From Eledone cirrhosa (taxonomy: Eukaryota): 64,000 nucleotides of DNA. This document shows positions 48,787-63,300 of the stretch, piece after piece. Numbering within the stretch: position 1 is the stretch's first letter; each line of letters begins with the position of its first letter. Made by a program: the position numbers and the translations under genes. The notes under the pieces are model-generated. The model was not told the origin of the DNA, searched no databases, and worked only from the letters and a program-made list of their open reading frames with translations. The stretch covers positions 19,406,001 to 19,470,000 of the forward strand of contig OZ024743.1 in NCBI GenBank assembly GCA_964016885.1. Reading direction: 5' to 3'.

Positions 48787-51700
48787 TTACAGACACATAC
48801 TAAGAGAAGGCCCATTCATTTGGGCCATACTTGCTTCTCTCACCCATCTTTCAACAAAATGCTGGGAAGAGAGCACTTCCCTTTCTACCCTGATTTTCCT
48901 TTTCAGATGAAATTTGAAAAAGTTAATCAGGGCATCACCGAAGAGGTAAGTGCTCGTCTTCAGCCCTTTCAAACGTGTCCACCATACTATCTCTTTCGCC
49001 ATGGCCACCAGACAGATAAAAACTGCCTGCCATTCCCGGCTAAAGGAAGAGGGCGGGGCAATCCTCACGATGGACTCAGCTGATAGCCGGATCCGTCCTA
49101 CACGTGACAGCAGGTGTTCGACATAAACCCACAAGTCATCAATGCTCGGACACTGGACGAGTGCGTGCAGGACGGTTTCGTCGCCCTGTGCGCATCTTGG
49201 ACATGCCCGGCTGACGGCACCTCCATGCCTGTAAAGTTTATCCCGAACTGGCAAAGCACCCCGGTAGCACTGCCAGGCCAGGGATTTCTGGAAGTTGTCC
49301 ATAGGCCCCGGCCCGAAAGTCCTTCCGAAGAGATTGGCTAGTTGATTTTCGTCGACGCCTAGAGTTTCTCCAAGTACGTCGTCGCTCTTCCCCTCCACTA
49401 ATCCCCTATAGAACGCCAAGGTGGAGTTTCCACCGATCACATTGCCCGATTGGTCGAGGGCTGTGAGCGCCTGAAGACATTCCAGTCTCCAAGCGCTCCC
49501 TCTCGGTCTTCGCTTGACCCAGGACTGCAGCTCCGTCAAGGAGACGAGCTGGGGAAAAACGCGTCTAGCAAACGGCGACCACACCTGATCACCGTCGAGG
49601 AAGAGGTGGAGATGTCGTAGCCTGAGCGCGTGTCTGCGCATCATTAGCCACGGCATGCCCAGCCCTCCACGTAGCGGGTGTTGACAGCAGATGGACCGCC
49701 TGACCATCGGAGCGCGTCCCTTCCACAAGAAGCGAAAGAGCAAACGCTCCAGCGCATTCAGGCGGGGCTTAGGACAAGGTACGACGGTCAGGCGGTAGTA
49801 GATGACGGACGCGATGTACGCGTTAGCCACCTCTGCTCGACCTTTCAGGGATACCTTCCTCTCGGCCCATTTCTGGGTGAGAGAAGCCACCCTGCTCGTC
49901 ACCTCGTCCCAGTTTTTGTCCGTCTGGAGGTCTGGACCGAACCAGACCCCTAGCAATTTAAGCGGTCCGTCCGTCCAGCGCCCGAAGACGCTGTTGGACG
50001 GCATGGACCTTCTTCTCCAGGTGCCGAGCTGCAGGCCCACTGACTTTTCCTGGTTGATCATTGCTCCTGTCACCGCTTCGTATTCTCTTAGTGTAGTGCC
50101 GATCGCCTCGATGTGTTTGGCGTTCAACACCACTACGGTGACATCGTCGGCATATGCTGACACGGATCTTCCGCATCCTAGTTCGCGCGGGACCCCCCTC
50201 AACGTCTCCAGTTTGTGCAGTAATGGCTCGAGAGTCAATACGTACAATAGGGACTAGAGGGGACATCCTTGGCGGACCGAGCGCATGATGTTGAATGGTT
50301 CCGAAAGGTGAGCGTGAATACTCTCACTACAGAGCAGATGTCGCTGTGCATGGCAGCGATCCAGCCTCTGAAGACGGGCCCAAAGCCAGCCGCCCTCAGG
50401 ACTACCGCTAGGTAACGATGGTCGACCCTATCGAAGGCTTTCGACTGATCTAAATTGATCAAAGACCCACCCGTGCCAGGTTCCCTAGCTACCCTCTCTA
50501 CGATGTATCTCATGAGGTGGAGGTTGTCGTGAATGGATCTGTCGGGAATGGCGCATGTCTGTGCCTCTCCCACCAGACCACCAACGACAAGCGCCAACCT
50601 CTTTGCTAGCACCTTGGCCAAAATCTTGAACTCTGTGTTTAGCAGAGTTATGGACCTAAAATTATCTATGTTATCCCCCTTGTTCGGATCCTTTCTCAGC
50701 AGCGCCACCGCTCCTCGGCTCACAGAGCTGGGAATTCTCCTGTTCTGTTGCCAATTGCAGTAGACGTCCGCCAACAGGCCTCCGAACAAGTTTGGCATTT
50801 GTACGTAAAGTTCATAGGGCAGACCATCCAAACCAGGCGATTACCCCTTGTGCAACTAGTCATTGCATCCCGTACTTCAGCGGTTGTTATCGGCTTTTCG
50901 CAACACTCCGCCTCAGTGGCCGAAAGCCACGGCAGTCCGTCGAGGTAGACACTAAAGTCCATCCCTCGACCGGCCCGCCACTGCCCCCGAACAGTTGAGC
51001 GAAGTGTCGCTGAAAAGCTTCACACATTTGCCCGGGATCGAGTAGCATGCGCCCGTCGTGGTCCACCAAAGACCGGATCGTGGCTTTGTTGCCACGACGC
51101 GCACCGCCACTCGGGCCCATTGAACGGCTTTCGTCCCCTCGTGTCTGAGAGCACGCACCCTAGCTCTGACAACGCAGCCTTCGTGCTTTGCATTGAATAT
51201 TTGGTCAAGGGCCAATTTCGCCGCAAGTACGTCGGTCGCGATGCCTTTGCTAAGCGCCTCATCTAATTTTCTAACTAATTCTCCCTCTGCTCTATTGCTA
51301 ATGTCTTACTAAACCTAAAGGACTCTATTCTAATTGCTCTTTTCAGAGCAAACCACCACGTGTTGTTGACGATGGCCACCGTCAACGCCCGCTTAACTAG
51401 TTCGCTAATCCGGCCTCTGTAGGCCTTGCGCGCTGGTAAGGACGCGTTTAGCTTCCAGTAGCCGGGTCCTCGTCTATGAAGCCTATCTAAGTCAAGCACA
51501 CAGATCACGAATTTGTGCTCCGTGTAGCTGACTATCTTGAATTGTGGACAGCATATGCTAGACCTATCTATTTCCCTACAAAATACTCTATCTAGATATG
51601 ATCTGGATGACCCTATGCGATTTGTCCAATTCCACATTGGTACATTCGGGAAATCCATTCGGTACCTGTCAGACAGTTCAAAACGTCTGAGCAGGTTGGT

Positions 51701-52195
51701 GAGACTCTTGCACCCTCCTTCCCTATCCACTAACCCCACACAATCCCAGCGTGCATCTAAGATCCCGTTCCAGTCGCCCACTAACACTAAAGAGCGGGAC
51801 GTTCCAAGAAAGGTCTCCAGACGCCGGAAGAAATTAGGCCGCCCTGCTCCTGTCGGGGCATAGATGGCCACTAACCTGAAAGCTTGCCCGTCTCCGCTGG
51901 TCACGTCCAGCACCACCAACTTACCTTCTGGGTCCAGGAAGATGGCCCGTATGGCAAGATCCAAACCTCTCCGAAAAAGCACAGCAACTCCTCCCCCCGA
52001 TCCCGGACGGCTGGGAGGTGCGTACACATCGTAGCCGCCGAAGATCGGTGCGAAAGCCTGTGCTTCGGAGATTCTGGTCTCGCTGATGGCCACTACATCT
52101 ATGTTTAGTGACCTGAGGTCGTTGAGCAGGTGGCCCTGCTTCCATGACGACCCCAAGCCACGCGCATTTATGCTGCCTATTCTGAGTGAGGTCAT
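48787..52195 (-). pseudogene. ORF2 of copy G
   Basis: 306-aa APE part, RT motifs and 486-aa C-terminal part separated by frameshifts. Confidence 0.92.
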
Positions 52196-52229
52196 GTTGA
52201 AAAGGAGTGGAAAAGATGGGAAAGACCAC

Positions 52230-54243
52230 TTACCTTACTTCTCGTAGGGGAAGGACGGTTTTTCCATCCTTTTCACTGCTTGTGGCCTCCTCAGGAAGGA
52301 TGTCCTTATAAATCCTCCTGGAGAGTGCTTGTCGGAAGTCTCCGATGTCTTTGGGGAATTTTTGTTTTAGTGTCATGTACGTTTTCTGTGTGATGCGAGT
52401 GATTTGAATGTGTGGAGGTGGTGTGAATTTTGAGGTTGTTGTGTAGTCTTTTTCTGTGATGCTGGTGTGGTGTTGGATGTAGTGTAATAATTGCTTGTTG
52501 TTCAAATTTAATGCTGTGTAGTGTGTATCGTTTTGGTTGTTTTGTTTTGTTTGTTGTGGGTTTGTTTCTGTTTCGCATTTTGGTGACTTTTGTGATGTAG
52601 GTGATGGTGGTGTTGGGGTTAATGATGGTGATGGTGTTGGTGTTTGGGTTGATGGGGTTGGTGATGCTGGTGTGGATGGTGGCATATCTGTCCTAACTTT
52701 TTTGTTTCTTAATTTATTTGTTTCCCTCTGTATTTTGTTTTTGGAGGGGGAAGGAAGAGAATTTTTTCTTTTTTGGTTTCTTTTTTTTTTCCGGATATCG
52801 TTTCCCACTCCTCGTCGTCACAATCTGTCTCCAGTTGTGATAGGCCGGGGAGTGGAAAATCCTCCACAGGCGTTGGTTTTGGTTGTGGCGTGGTGGATGG
52901 TGTAGGCGCTGGTGCTAGTTCTGAAGCGTTGGGTGGTGTTGGTGTTGGTTTTGTTGGTGGTGGTGGTGGTGTTGGTTTTGCTACTGTTGCTGGGGTTGTT
53001 GCCGTTATAGTTGCTTCTGTTGTTGCTGCTACAGTTGTTGCTGCCATCTCTGCTACTGGTGGTGTTGATGGTTGTGTCACTGGGGTGGGTAGGAGAGGTG
53101 GCCTCAACCTTTTAGCCTGAGGGCAGAAAGCCCTTAGGTGGGTTCCTTCACCACAAACGACACACCTAGGTCTTCTGCCCTCGACAATTACCGTGAGGTG
53201 GCTGCCATCAGTGAAGTATATTACCTCTGGGATCTCCTCAATGCTTTTTTGGTCCGCTTGGATCAGGAGCTCCATCCCAGATCCGGACCAGTTCTCCTGC
53301 TTTTCTTTTGCTATTGCTATTATTTTTGTGTTGGCTTCGATGCCGGCGAGGACGGCCGCTATTAGCCAGGGAATTTCGATGGCCGGTGGAACGTGGGTCA
53401 CCCTGATCTTTACGAGTCTCTGGCCACAATAGCTTGGGACGAGTGTGAAGTCGTCACTTCTTAATGGGGCCATGGAGTGTTCTCTAGCCTCCTGTGGTGT
53501 TTCAAAGAACACGCCCATGGTTCCATACTTCTGCCCACGTCTGATGTGGGGTTTTTTTGCCCACACATGTCCCAAAGCTTTTTGGATTTGGGACTCGGAT
53601 GCCCGTTCCACTCGGCGCGATTTTACATTTATTGTTCGATACGACACGGTGCATAGGCGCCGATGCTCCATTTTATTAGGTGGGGGGTTAGGCTGACCCT
53701 GTACCCATCTTTCTTTACCATTGGTTTGGCATTTTCTAAATCCTCCTGAATTACCGTAAATGCTTCGAACTGTTTTGCTACTCTGGCGAAACTGAGGGTC
53801 GATTTTATAATGTCATTGTTGTTGTTGTTGCTATCGTTATTTGTGTTAATATTAATTTTAGTTTCAGTTGTGGTGGTGGTGACGTCAGTCGTCTTTGGTG
53901 GGGAAGAGTCCATTTTGCTTGATTTCATTTCGACATCACGAGTTAATTTATTTTTTTCTTCTTTTGTTTCTGTTGTCGCGGTGGTGGTGGGGGTGGGGGT
54001 TGTGGCGGTGGTGGTGGGGGTGGGGGTTGTCGCGGTGGTGGTGGTGGTGGAGGCTTTAACACCTGCAGTCATTGGTAATGGCGGGAAATGAATGTCTGCC
54101 TGAGACAAATTTAAAATATTGCTAGTGCTTATATTTTTTTTAGTGTTGGCAAACGTAGTAACATTTACAATGGTGGTGTCGGTGTGAGGTATTAATTTGT
54201 GAGAAAGGCTTTCAGCTGCTTGGTGCAGAGGTGAATTAGCCAT
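52230..54243 (-). pseudogene. ORF1 of copy G (two frameshifts)
   Basis: Overlapping ORFs 53629-54243, 52709-53671, 52230-52808; EGRRPRCVVCGEGTHLRAFCP. Confidence 0.85.
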
Positions 54244-54453
54244 TTTTTTTTCAAAGAAATTTTATGATAATAATATAAGTTAAAATTTTGGGCACAAGGC
54301 CCCAATCATTTTGGGTGTCCTTTTCGGAAAACAATGTATGTGCGCTTATATATGGTTAACAATAAAAATTTTCCATAAATGGCAATTTTTAACAAACGGA
54401 AATAACAAACCTTTGCGGAGCTCACGATAATACGATTTACTACGTAGGTCGCC

Positions 54454-54485
<32 letters not shown>
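54454..54485. repeat. (AAT)n between G 5' end and Dong2
   Basis: direct reading. Confidence 0.95.
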
Positions 54486-54487
<2 letters not shown>

Positions 54488-54488
<1 letters not shown>

Positions 54489-56078
54489 TAGATAAATGCG
54501 CCAAAGCAACGTTCACAAGAGGAAAGTTGCTGAAGAGTTCAGACATTAATCTTGATCAGGGAAACGTGATAAGAGAACTTTATCAAGAAAAAACTTACAA
54601 ATATCTAGGTGTTTGTGAAGGAGACGGAATCAAGCACTCGACAATGAGGGAAAGGATAAGGAAGGAATGTTACCGCAGAGTAAGAGCAATCTTGAGAACA
54701 GAATTGAATGCAAGGAATAGGATCGATGCCATAAACACGCTTGCCATATCAGTAGTAACCTACAGTTACAATGTCATCAACTGGTCAAGCACAGAGATCC
54801 GTAGGCTCGATACAAAAATTCGAAAATTCTTAACCAGGCAAAGAATGCATCACCCTAAGGCAGATATAGATAGAATATATCTCCCTAGGAAAGAAGGAGG
54901 ACGTGGGTTAGTCCAGTTAGACATTGCGTTGAAAACTGCAACAATTGGATTATCTACATATCTAAGGGAATCACATGATTGGATGATCAAACTCGTTTTG
55001 AAACACGAAAGCATCAAAAGATCATATTCCATTACAAAGGATGCACAGAGATACAGTAATGGACTACAAATTTCAGAAGTCCCATTTACTGCTGAAATGG
55101 AAAACACAGAAAAAGCAAAGCAGGTAAAAGTAACTGCAAATAAAGAACTGCTACAGAAACTGGCTAAGAAATGGCAAGAAAAGCCTCTGTATGGAAAATA
55201 CCCAGAGCGAACTAACAATCCTGATGTTGACAAAACTTTAACTCATTAGTGGTTGGCATCCTCTGGACTGAAATCGGAGACTGAAGGACTGATTATATCA
55301 GCACAAGATCAGTGTCTGCCAACAAAAAATTACCAAGCCAACATAATAAAAAATGGATGCAGCCCATTATGCCGTGTATGCAAAAAACAACCAGAGACCA
55401 TTGGCCATATAATTGCAATGTGCAGTCCTATAGCTCCAACCGAATACCTAAACAGGCATGACAGGGCTGCACAATACATACATTGGATAATGTGTAAGCA
55501 TTTTGACCTGCACCATCAAATGAATTGGTGGGAGCATCAACCACCTCCCATACTTGAAAAAGATCACATCTCAATCTTGTGGAACTTTAGCATCCAAACA
55601 GACCGAAAAATAGATGCAAATAGACCTGATATAATATTGAAGGACTTTAAAAAGAGGGTATGCCTGCTAATTGATATGTCCGTTCCAATAGACAAGAATG
55701 TATCTATAAAAACATTTGAAAAATTGAGCAAGTATAAGGACCTGGAGATAGAAATTGGAAAAATGTGGAAATTGAGAACTAAAACAATACCAGTGGTTGT
55801 GGGCGCTCTGGGAATGATACCTAAGGGGTCTAATGATTACTTATCGCAAATCCCAGGAAACCCGCGTATAGGAGAAATACAAAAGATAGTACTAATGGAA
55901 CTGCCCATATACTAAGGAAGATTCTGTCAATATAAGTACATCACAAGTCTAAACACTAAAGATGCATGTGTGAGTATGTATGTTCTTTCTTGAACATGGC
56001 GGACCTTGTTGTCTCTTGAGGTCACTGGTTGTGACTTGGTGATAACTCGTCTGAACATAAAGCAAGATAAATGCAACT

Positions 56079-56079
<1 letters not shown>
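54488..56079 (+). mobile_element. 5'-truncated R4/Dong element of a second family (Dong2)
   Basis: Begins at DKCAK; YKYLG; MHHPKADIDRIYLPRKEGGRGL; CRVCKKQPETIGHIIAMC; RHD; NRPDII..IDMSVP..EKLSKY; (AAT)n tail. Confidence 0.9.

Positions 56080-56137
<58 letters not shown>
56080..56137. repeat. (AAT)n between Dong2 and Dong3
   Basis: direct reading. Confidence 0.97.
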
Positions 56138-59100
56138 TTTTAACATATTTAAATCATTTGTGAAATAACAACTCTTAGTACAAATGCTACGTAAAGCATC
56201 CGACTTGAGCCCCAAAAAAATTCGGACCCAAAATATATTGTTATAAGGCTCAAATATTCAAATATTCAACTTTGTATTGTACATTGTATATTCAAAAAAG
56301 AAAATGGCTATAAATGGGAGAAGAAGACCCCCCCCCCTCCTCTGTCTACACTATATAGAACAGCCAAACAACACCAATCTCACCGCCGCCACCACTCCTT
56401 CATTGCTACCACCGCTACAACACCACCATCACTACAGTAATACGACCACATCACCACCACCACTGCCATCATTACTACCACTATCCCACCACCGCCGCCA
56501 CCACTCCTGCATTGCCACCACCGCTACAACACCATCACTACAGTAATACGATCACATCACCACCACCACTGCCTCAGTATCGACATCATCACCACCACTG
56601 TCTCAGTATCGCTACAGCCGCTATTCTCTCCCATTGCTTCCTGCTAGTTGCTGCCACCAGATTATAGAATTCCTACTAAAAAAGAGGAAGGCATCAAAAT
56701 ATATAGATAGACTCAAAAGAAAAAAGAAAAAAACAAACATCAAAACCAAAGCAGCACAGCAACAACAGCAAAAAAAAGAGAAAAACAAACAGAGATAAAC
56801 AAAAACAAAAAGAAAACCGTAAAGAAAATAAGAATGAAGAGAGAAACAAGCGGACGGACAGAGAAGAGAAGGGAAAAACTAAGTCAGACATTCGAACACT
56901 ACATTACAATGAAACTTATGCTTATTCATGTTTGGGGTTTTTTCTGCCTGTGTGTTTGTTTGTTTATTTGTGTTCGTCTACAGCGTGGTAATAATGCCAC
57001 ACAAGAGCCAAGTGGAGCGGCGCAACCACCGGAGACGGTGAATCCACAGATGGTTATGTAACCATACATTCGCCAATCCTCGATAAGAGTGTTTAAATAT
57101 TGAACCTAAAGAGTTCGAATAACGGTGAAATGGAGACTAGAACGTCATGTGACAGACTCTCACCCAACAGGTGCTCCCTGGCTCAGCAGCAGGAACCTGG
57201 CTGTCAACCAAATACTGCTGGTGTCGGAGGAAGAAGAAGGAAAGGGACCAGAACCAACTGGACGAAATAATTGAATAGAACTGTTATGCAATGTTACCTG
57301 AAAAGTAACCCCAAGGAGAGGGGCTATAGGAGACGGATGCATAACATCTGGAACGAGATTGGTCTATTTAAATTAGATGAACAAAAATTGGCCGGGCAGG
57401 CTCGGGTAATAAGAACTAATGGGTGGATAAGCGAGCTGGAACTGGAGGAACTGAGCAGAGAGATTATCTTGGAGATGGAGTGTGGAGTATGCCAGGCAAA
57501 CGAGCCAGTGGGAAATGAAGGTGAAGAGGTCGAGAGAACGGAGGAACCACCCGAAGCAGACAATGATCTGAATCCTGAGATAAATGATACCTGGAACAGA
57601 GATACGGCCACTGAGGAGATGAATGCTGACAGGCTAGGACAAGATTCGGTTGACATCTTAAATTTAGTGGTAGATGAATTGAACAATGATAGTGGGAGAC
57701 CTATGAACCTAAGATTTGTAGACAGGAAAAAGTTAAAAGAAACAATAGCTAAGGTAAACAAAGTCATCCCATACCTTGATGCGAGGAGCCTTCACCAGTG
57801 CAACAATATCCTCAAAGCAACAGCAGATACGGTGAGGAAACTACTCGGTATAAAAGCGAGAGGAAACAACAGACAAGAAAGAGCAGAGCCTTGGTGGAAG
57901 AAACGACTGAGTGGTCAAATCAGGGAAATGAGAAATGACATTGGAAAGCTTGAGTCACTACTGAATGGGACACTAAAAAACATAGGCACTAAAAATAGAC
58001 TGGAAATAAAGTACAAACTAGGAGGAAAAAGCTAAATATTATCATAGAGGAACTGAAGCAACGCATTGTAGCAAAGAGTGCAATAATCAGGCGATACGAG
58101 AACAGAGTCAGTCAGTATAAACAGAACCGCATGTTTGACAACAACCAGAAGATGCTGTTTGGACAGCTTGAGGGGAAAGAAAGAGGCAACGACTTGATCC
58201 CTGAGGCGGAACAAACTAAAACATTCTGGAGAGGAATATGGGAGCAGGATGTTAGACATAATGACCAGGCAGGGTGGATTGAGACAGTACAGAGGGAGAT
58301 CGGTGAGCAGGGCACACCAATAAATTGATTTGAGTATCACAGTTGAAACTCTTAAGGGGGCAGGCCAAAAAAACTAACCAACTGGAAATCACCAGGCCCA
58401 GCTGGTGTGCAGGGGCATTGGATTAAAAATGTAACATCCCTCCACCCGAAACTGACAACCATGTTCAATGACTGCTTGATGTCAGGTGGGGTACCAGAGT
58501 GGATGACAAAAAGGTACCACAGTTCTGATAATGAAAGACCGAATCAAGGGGTAATGATGTTACCAACTATAGATCTATCACATGTCTGTCCGTAATGTGG
58601 AAAACTGTTGACGAGCATTGTGTCTGAGGAAATCTACCATCACCTCCACACAAACAACTTGTTACCGGACGAAGAGAAAGGATGCCGAAATAAGTCACGT
58701 GGTACAAAGGACCAGTTACTTATTGATAAGATGGTAATGGGGAATTGCAGGAGGAGACACACTGATCTTGCCATGGGATGGATAGACTACAGAAAGGCAT
58801 TTGACATGGTGCCTCATTCTTGGATGACCAAAAGCCTGGAGATCTTCAAGGTGGCAGATAACATCAGACAGTTGCTGGGCAGGAGTATAGGGTCCCTGGG
58901 AGACAGAGTTGACATCAACTGGAGAATCCTTGGGAAGCGTGAAGATCAAGAGAGGTATCTTCCAGGGAGATCATTGTGATGAGGAGTGGTAAGTTGAGCA
59001 GAAGTAACGGAATCCAGAAACCAACAGGTGAGATGATAAAAGAAATTGACTCTGAGGAAGGATACAAGTATTTGGGCGTTCTGGAGGCTGATGATATCAA

Positions 59101-60094
59101 GAACAAAAAAAATGAAGGAATTGAATACCTTCGGAGAGTAAGGAGCGTATTAAAGTCACATCTGAACAGTAGGAATGCCATAAGTGCAGTAAATTCCCGA
59201 GCTGTGTCTATTATTATGTACAGTGCGGGAATTCTGAGATGGAATGTTGATGAACAAAAAGAAATGGGTAGGAAGACTGGGAAGCTATTGACTATCTACA
59301 ACATGTTCCACAAGAGGAGTGATGTTGATAGACTCTACTTAAGGAGATCTGAGGGTGGAAGAGGTCTTATCAGCATAGAGGACTGTGTTCATATGGAGAA
59401 AAAACAACCTACACAAATACGTGACTGATAGTAAGGAGCCAATGCTCAGAACTGTACTGAAGGAGGGGGACAATAGGCCAGGGGATGTCCAAGGAGGAAA
59501 TAACATCAAGGAGAAAGAGCAGCCTTCAGGAAAAAATCCCTTCATAGTACCTTCTTTGAGAAAACTGAATTTAGAGATCCACAGACATGGAACTGGTTGA
59601 AAAGAGGAAACCTTAAAAAGGCTACAGAAGGAATGTTAATGGCTGCGCAGGAGCAGGCCCTCAAAACGAAGTGGTTGAAAACACCACATTTACAAGGAGG
59701 AGGGCTAGCCCACTGTGCAGGATCTTTGGAGAGAGAGAGGAGACTGTGGCTCACATTGTATCCGAGTGTAAACACCTAGCCCAGACTCACTATAAGGGAT
59801 GGAGACATGATGTGATGGGCAGGGTGACCCACAGGCACCTATGCAAAGTAAACATTTTACCACATTCTGAGAAGTGGTATGAGCATAAGCCAGAGTAGGT
59901 AATAGAAAAACGATCAGGTGAATGTGCTGTGGGATTTTAGGATACAGACGGACAAGAAACTGGAGCACAATAGACCTGACCTGGTGGTTTGGGACAAAGA
60001 AAAAAAGATCGTGCCTGATTGTGGATGTGGCCAGCCCATTCGACACGAGAGTGCAAGAGAAGGAGAGGGAAAAAAATTAACCGATACCAGTACT
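56138..60094 (+). mobile_element. R4/Dong element (Dong3), same family as Dong1, cut by assembly gap
   Basis: Colinear with 38724-42660; many frameshifts; deletion at about 58972 removes the FMDD RT segment. Confidence 0.88.
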
Positions 60095-60294
60095 NNNNNN
60101 NNNNNNNNNNNNNNNNNNNNNNNNNNNNNNNNNNNNNNNNNNNNNNNNNNNNNNNNNNNNNNNNNNNNNNNNNNNNNNNNNNNNNNNNNNNNNNNNNNNN
60201 NNNNNNNNNNNNNNNNNNNNNNNNNNNNNNNNNNNNNNNNNNNNNNNNNNNNNNNNNNNNNNNNNNNNNNNNNNNNNNNNNNNNNNNNNNNNNN
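60095..60294. other. assembly gap (200 N)
   Basis: run of N. Confidence 1.
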
Positions 60295-60381
60295 GAAGAA
60301 GAAGAAGAAGAAGAAGAAGAAGAAGAAGAAGAAGAAGAAGAAGAAGAAGAAGAAGAAGAAGAAGAAGAAGAAGAAGAAGAA
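60295..60381. repeat. (GAA)n
   Basis: direct reading. Confidence 0.97.
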
Positions 60382-63300
60382 TGATTTTCAATGAATAATT
60401 ATGTGCCAGCAATAGTACTTTTAAAGAACTGAAGTCTCCAGAATTAAATAAGATATAAAAGTCCATAACAAATAACACTATTTGTTGTGTGAAATATGCG
60501 TGAAATACAGTTTTGTTAATCAAAGAATTAAAGAGTATGACGTTCTTTAATTCTTTTCTTTGACAATACGTAATAGCTTACTACATCTCCCCGTTCTTTT
60601 TGTATTTTATTTATACTGACGTAGAATTGCTGTAATGTTATTTACAATATATGGTGTTATTTAGTACAGCTTAAAGGAAATGGGTTTAATTTAGGCGGCT
60701 TATTTCCGTCCTATAATATATTTGTTTTCATTTTCTTTCACTTTTTTGCGTCCTTGTGTCTCCTTATTCTTTGTTTTTTTTTTATTTGACTTAGTTTTAC
60801 ACATCTTCTTTAACATGCACTAAACGACATCAATAATAATTGACACCACGCTATTTATAAAACATGTTAGGTCTATTATATACATAAAAAGTATATCAAA
60901 ACTATAGTATATAATATTTATTGATGGTGTTTAGCTTTTTGTTAGCGCAGATTCCGCACGGCCATACGTTCAAAGGCATTTTCTTTATGACTATCATGTG
61001 TTATTTTATGTTTTATAATATCTAAGGATTATATGTAAGATTTTTGTAAGATGTTGGAGTATGAATTAAGAGAAGTTGGCCGCTATTTTAAGAAGATCGA
61101 GTTTCTCCCTTGCTGGCTTGACCTGGTATTTTTATTGATTGTGAATTCTAGCTTCTTGGTAACTGCGATAACACAAAACCTATGGCCAGACGCTTTGCAG
61201 ATGTGCCAATTTATCTATTCTGTTGTTTTTCTTTTAGACTTCCTATACCTAGCACTATATTGTCCTTATAATTTCGTTTTATGGCGGAGGATGTGATTTA
61301 AGTGGTAATTCTCTAATACTTCCGGCAGGTTGATCACTGCATTGACACTCCCATGTTGAATACATATAGTACAGTTATACAAGATGTTGAATTATCAGAA
61401 ATGTTGAATTCAGAAACGTATCTTCTTTCGGCTGCAGAGTAGATGAACTTACTAATAGATGCCTTAGTTGAATACATTTTGAAGAAAAATAGTCCACACA
61501 TGACCACCACAACTATTTATACATGTAATAACTATGTTTATCCTTCCTGTATTCTTGCAACAATGCCTTGATCTGTCATTGAGGGACATGGCTGATATTT
61601 GAGTTCGAAGAATTGATTAAAATAACAATCGTAGGTTAGAAAATAAGTCGATTCAATCGAAAATACATCGGTATTACAAAAAGATACTTTAAAAAGTAAG
61701 AATAATATTCAAATATGCTTGCGGTGAAACACTTCGGTAGCTTCTCCACCAGCTACAAATAGCAGCCGCATTCTCCAAATGTCTCTCTAATTTGAAAAAA
61801 AGGAACAATATCGTATTATATAGACCCGGAGGCACTCTAGTTGCGAAAAGAATTATATGTCAAGATTGGAGCATATTTCAACGTAGATCTAAATGATAAA
61901 CCCACAAATGGAACTAAGGAATAAAAACCCTAACAATTGCAGTGTCAACCATACACTGTTGTAGCAAATACCTGCCTATTTCATAAATATAAGTACATGG
62001 TTATTATTTTTCATTACATACTCTCAATTAAGGAACAAAAACAAGCAAAATAGCATAAAAGCAACACACTAAGACGAGGTACTATATCAGGGCTTCGAGA
62101 GGAAATAGTAACCGTATAATGTAAATAGTAGAGAAAAAGGAAGAACCTTGCCGTACTCGATCTGGGAGAACAAGCAGCAACATGTTTCATATCACATTCA
62201 ATCCTGTTAAATTAAGGAATGGCACTGGGTAATGCAATCGTTGTTATGCGCGATTTCACCGTATTGTCACAGATAAAAGAATTTTGATCATATGTCAACT
62301 TCATTCGAGCTGAGTTGATTCTGAGCAACAAAGCCCAACAACCAAATTTTTCTCTGTATTAATAATGTTACTAAAGGATTAAGAGTACGTAGATAAAATA
62401 AAGCTGTAAATGTACAAATAATATTTATATAAAACAAATTATATTATTTGAATACCCTTCTTTTTTCGATATATTCTTATTTACCTCAGATTAAATTTAA
62501 CAGAACAGAGCTATGATAAAAGACATTCTGTAAGTTATTTGGTATATTGCTTTTAGAAGAAAATTATCCAATTTGACTTTTTCAGTTTTTAGACGATGTT
62601 TTGTTACGTATTTTACGAAGATTGCTGCTATCTCTAGTTTCTCGAGTGACCATCTTTTAAGGGTTGTATTCATCGTGTTGAAATATGCAGTTGTATGTAG
62701 CGTAGAAGTTAATAGCACTATTTCAATTCAAGTTTACGTTGAACTTTATTTTAATTTACTTACTTTGATAATATCTTTCGAGAAGGCATAATCCTCACAA
62801 CATAGCATTTCCTCTATTATATTTAAATAAATATATATATGGGTTCCTGCGATAAGTTGAAAAGAAATCAATACGTACGTATTCATTGCAATTTGTATTC
62901 TTCTGTACCTAATAAGACAATTTCCTTTGTGTATGAAACCCAACATGTTACAAGTTTATTGACATGAGCCGTGCAACCATTTCTGCTACAATAAATACAA
63001 AAGATAATTATTTATAAATGTTTGATAATAAGTTTCCTTTAGAATGAATTGTGTCAGATTCTCTAAATTTCGAAATCAATCCTGGTTAAACTCAATGTAA
63101 GCAACAGTGCTTAATTTTATAAAGTGATTTATATATGCCACCTTAGGGAACTATTATCGACTATCTATTCTTAACGGAAAGAGCGCCAGATTCGAAAATA
63201 CATAGCCTTATAGCAGAAACTATAACAAGTCGGATAGCCTTATTAACATAACAACCCAATATACTGCAAAGTCTTTCCAATGGCTGTTAGCGAGGTTAAC

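Larger units (their letters stand above)
48546..54453 (-). mobile_element. Tx1-clade LINE copy G, full length, same subfamily as E
   Basis: Termini match E; (AAT)n both sides. Confidence 0.93.

Noticed and set aside
54284-54305. GGCCTTGTGCC match between G 5'UTR and the SINE tail
   Set aside because: 11-nt match, not exact in E or F; may be chance
32853-60094. Segmental duplication of an E+Dong1 unit giving G+Dong3
   Set aside because: Disabling mutations are not obviously shared, Dong2 intervenes and Dong 5' ends differ; independent insertion is simpler, though not excluded
61000-61650. Possible very old RTE remnant on minus strand
   Set aside because: Only faint motif resemblance; no continuous frame
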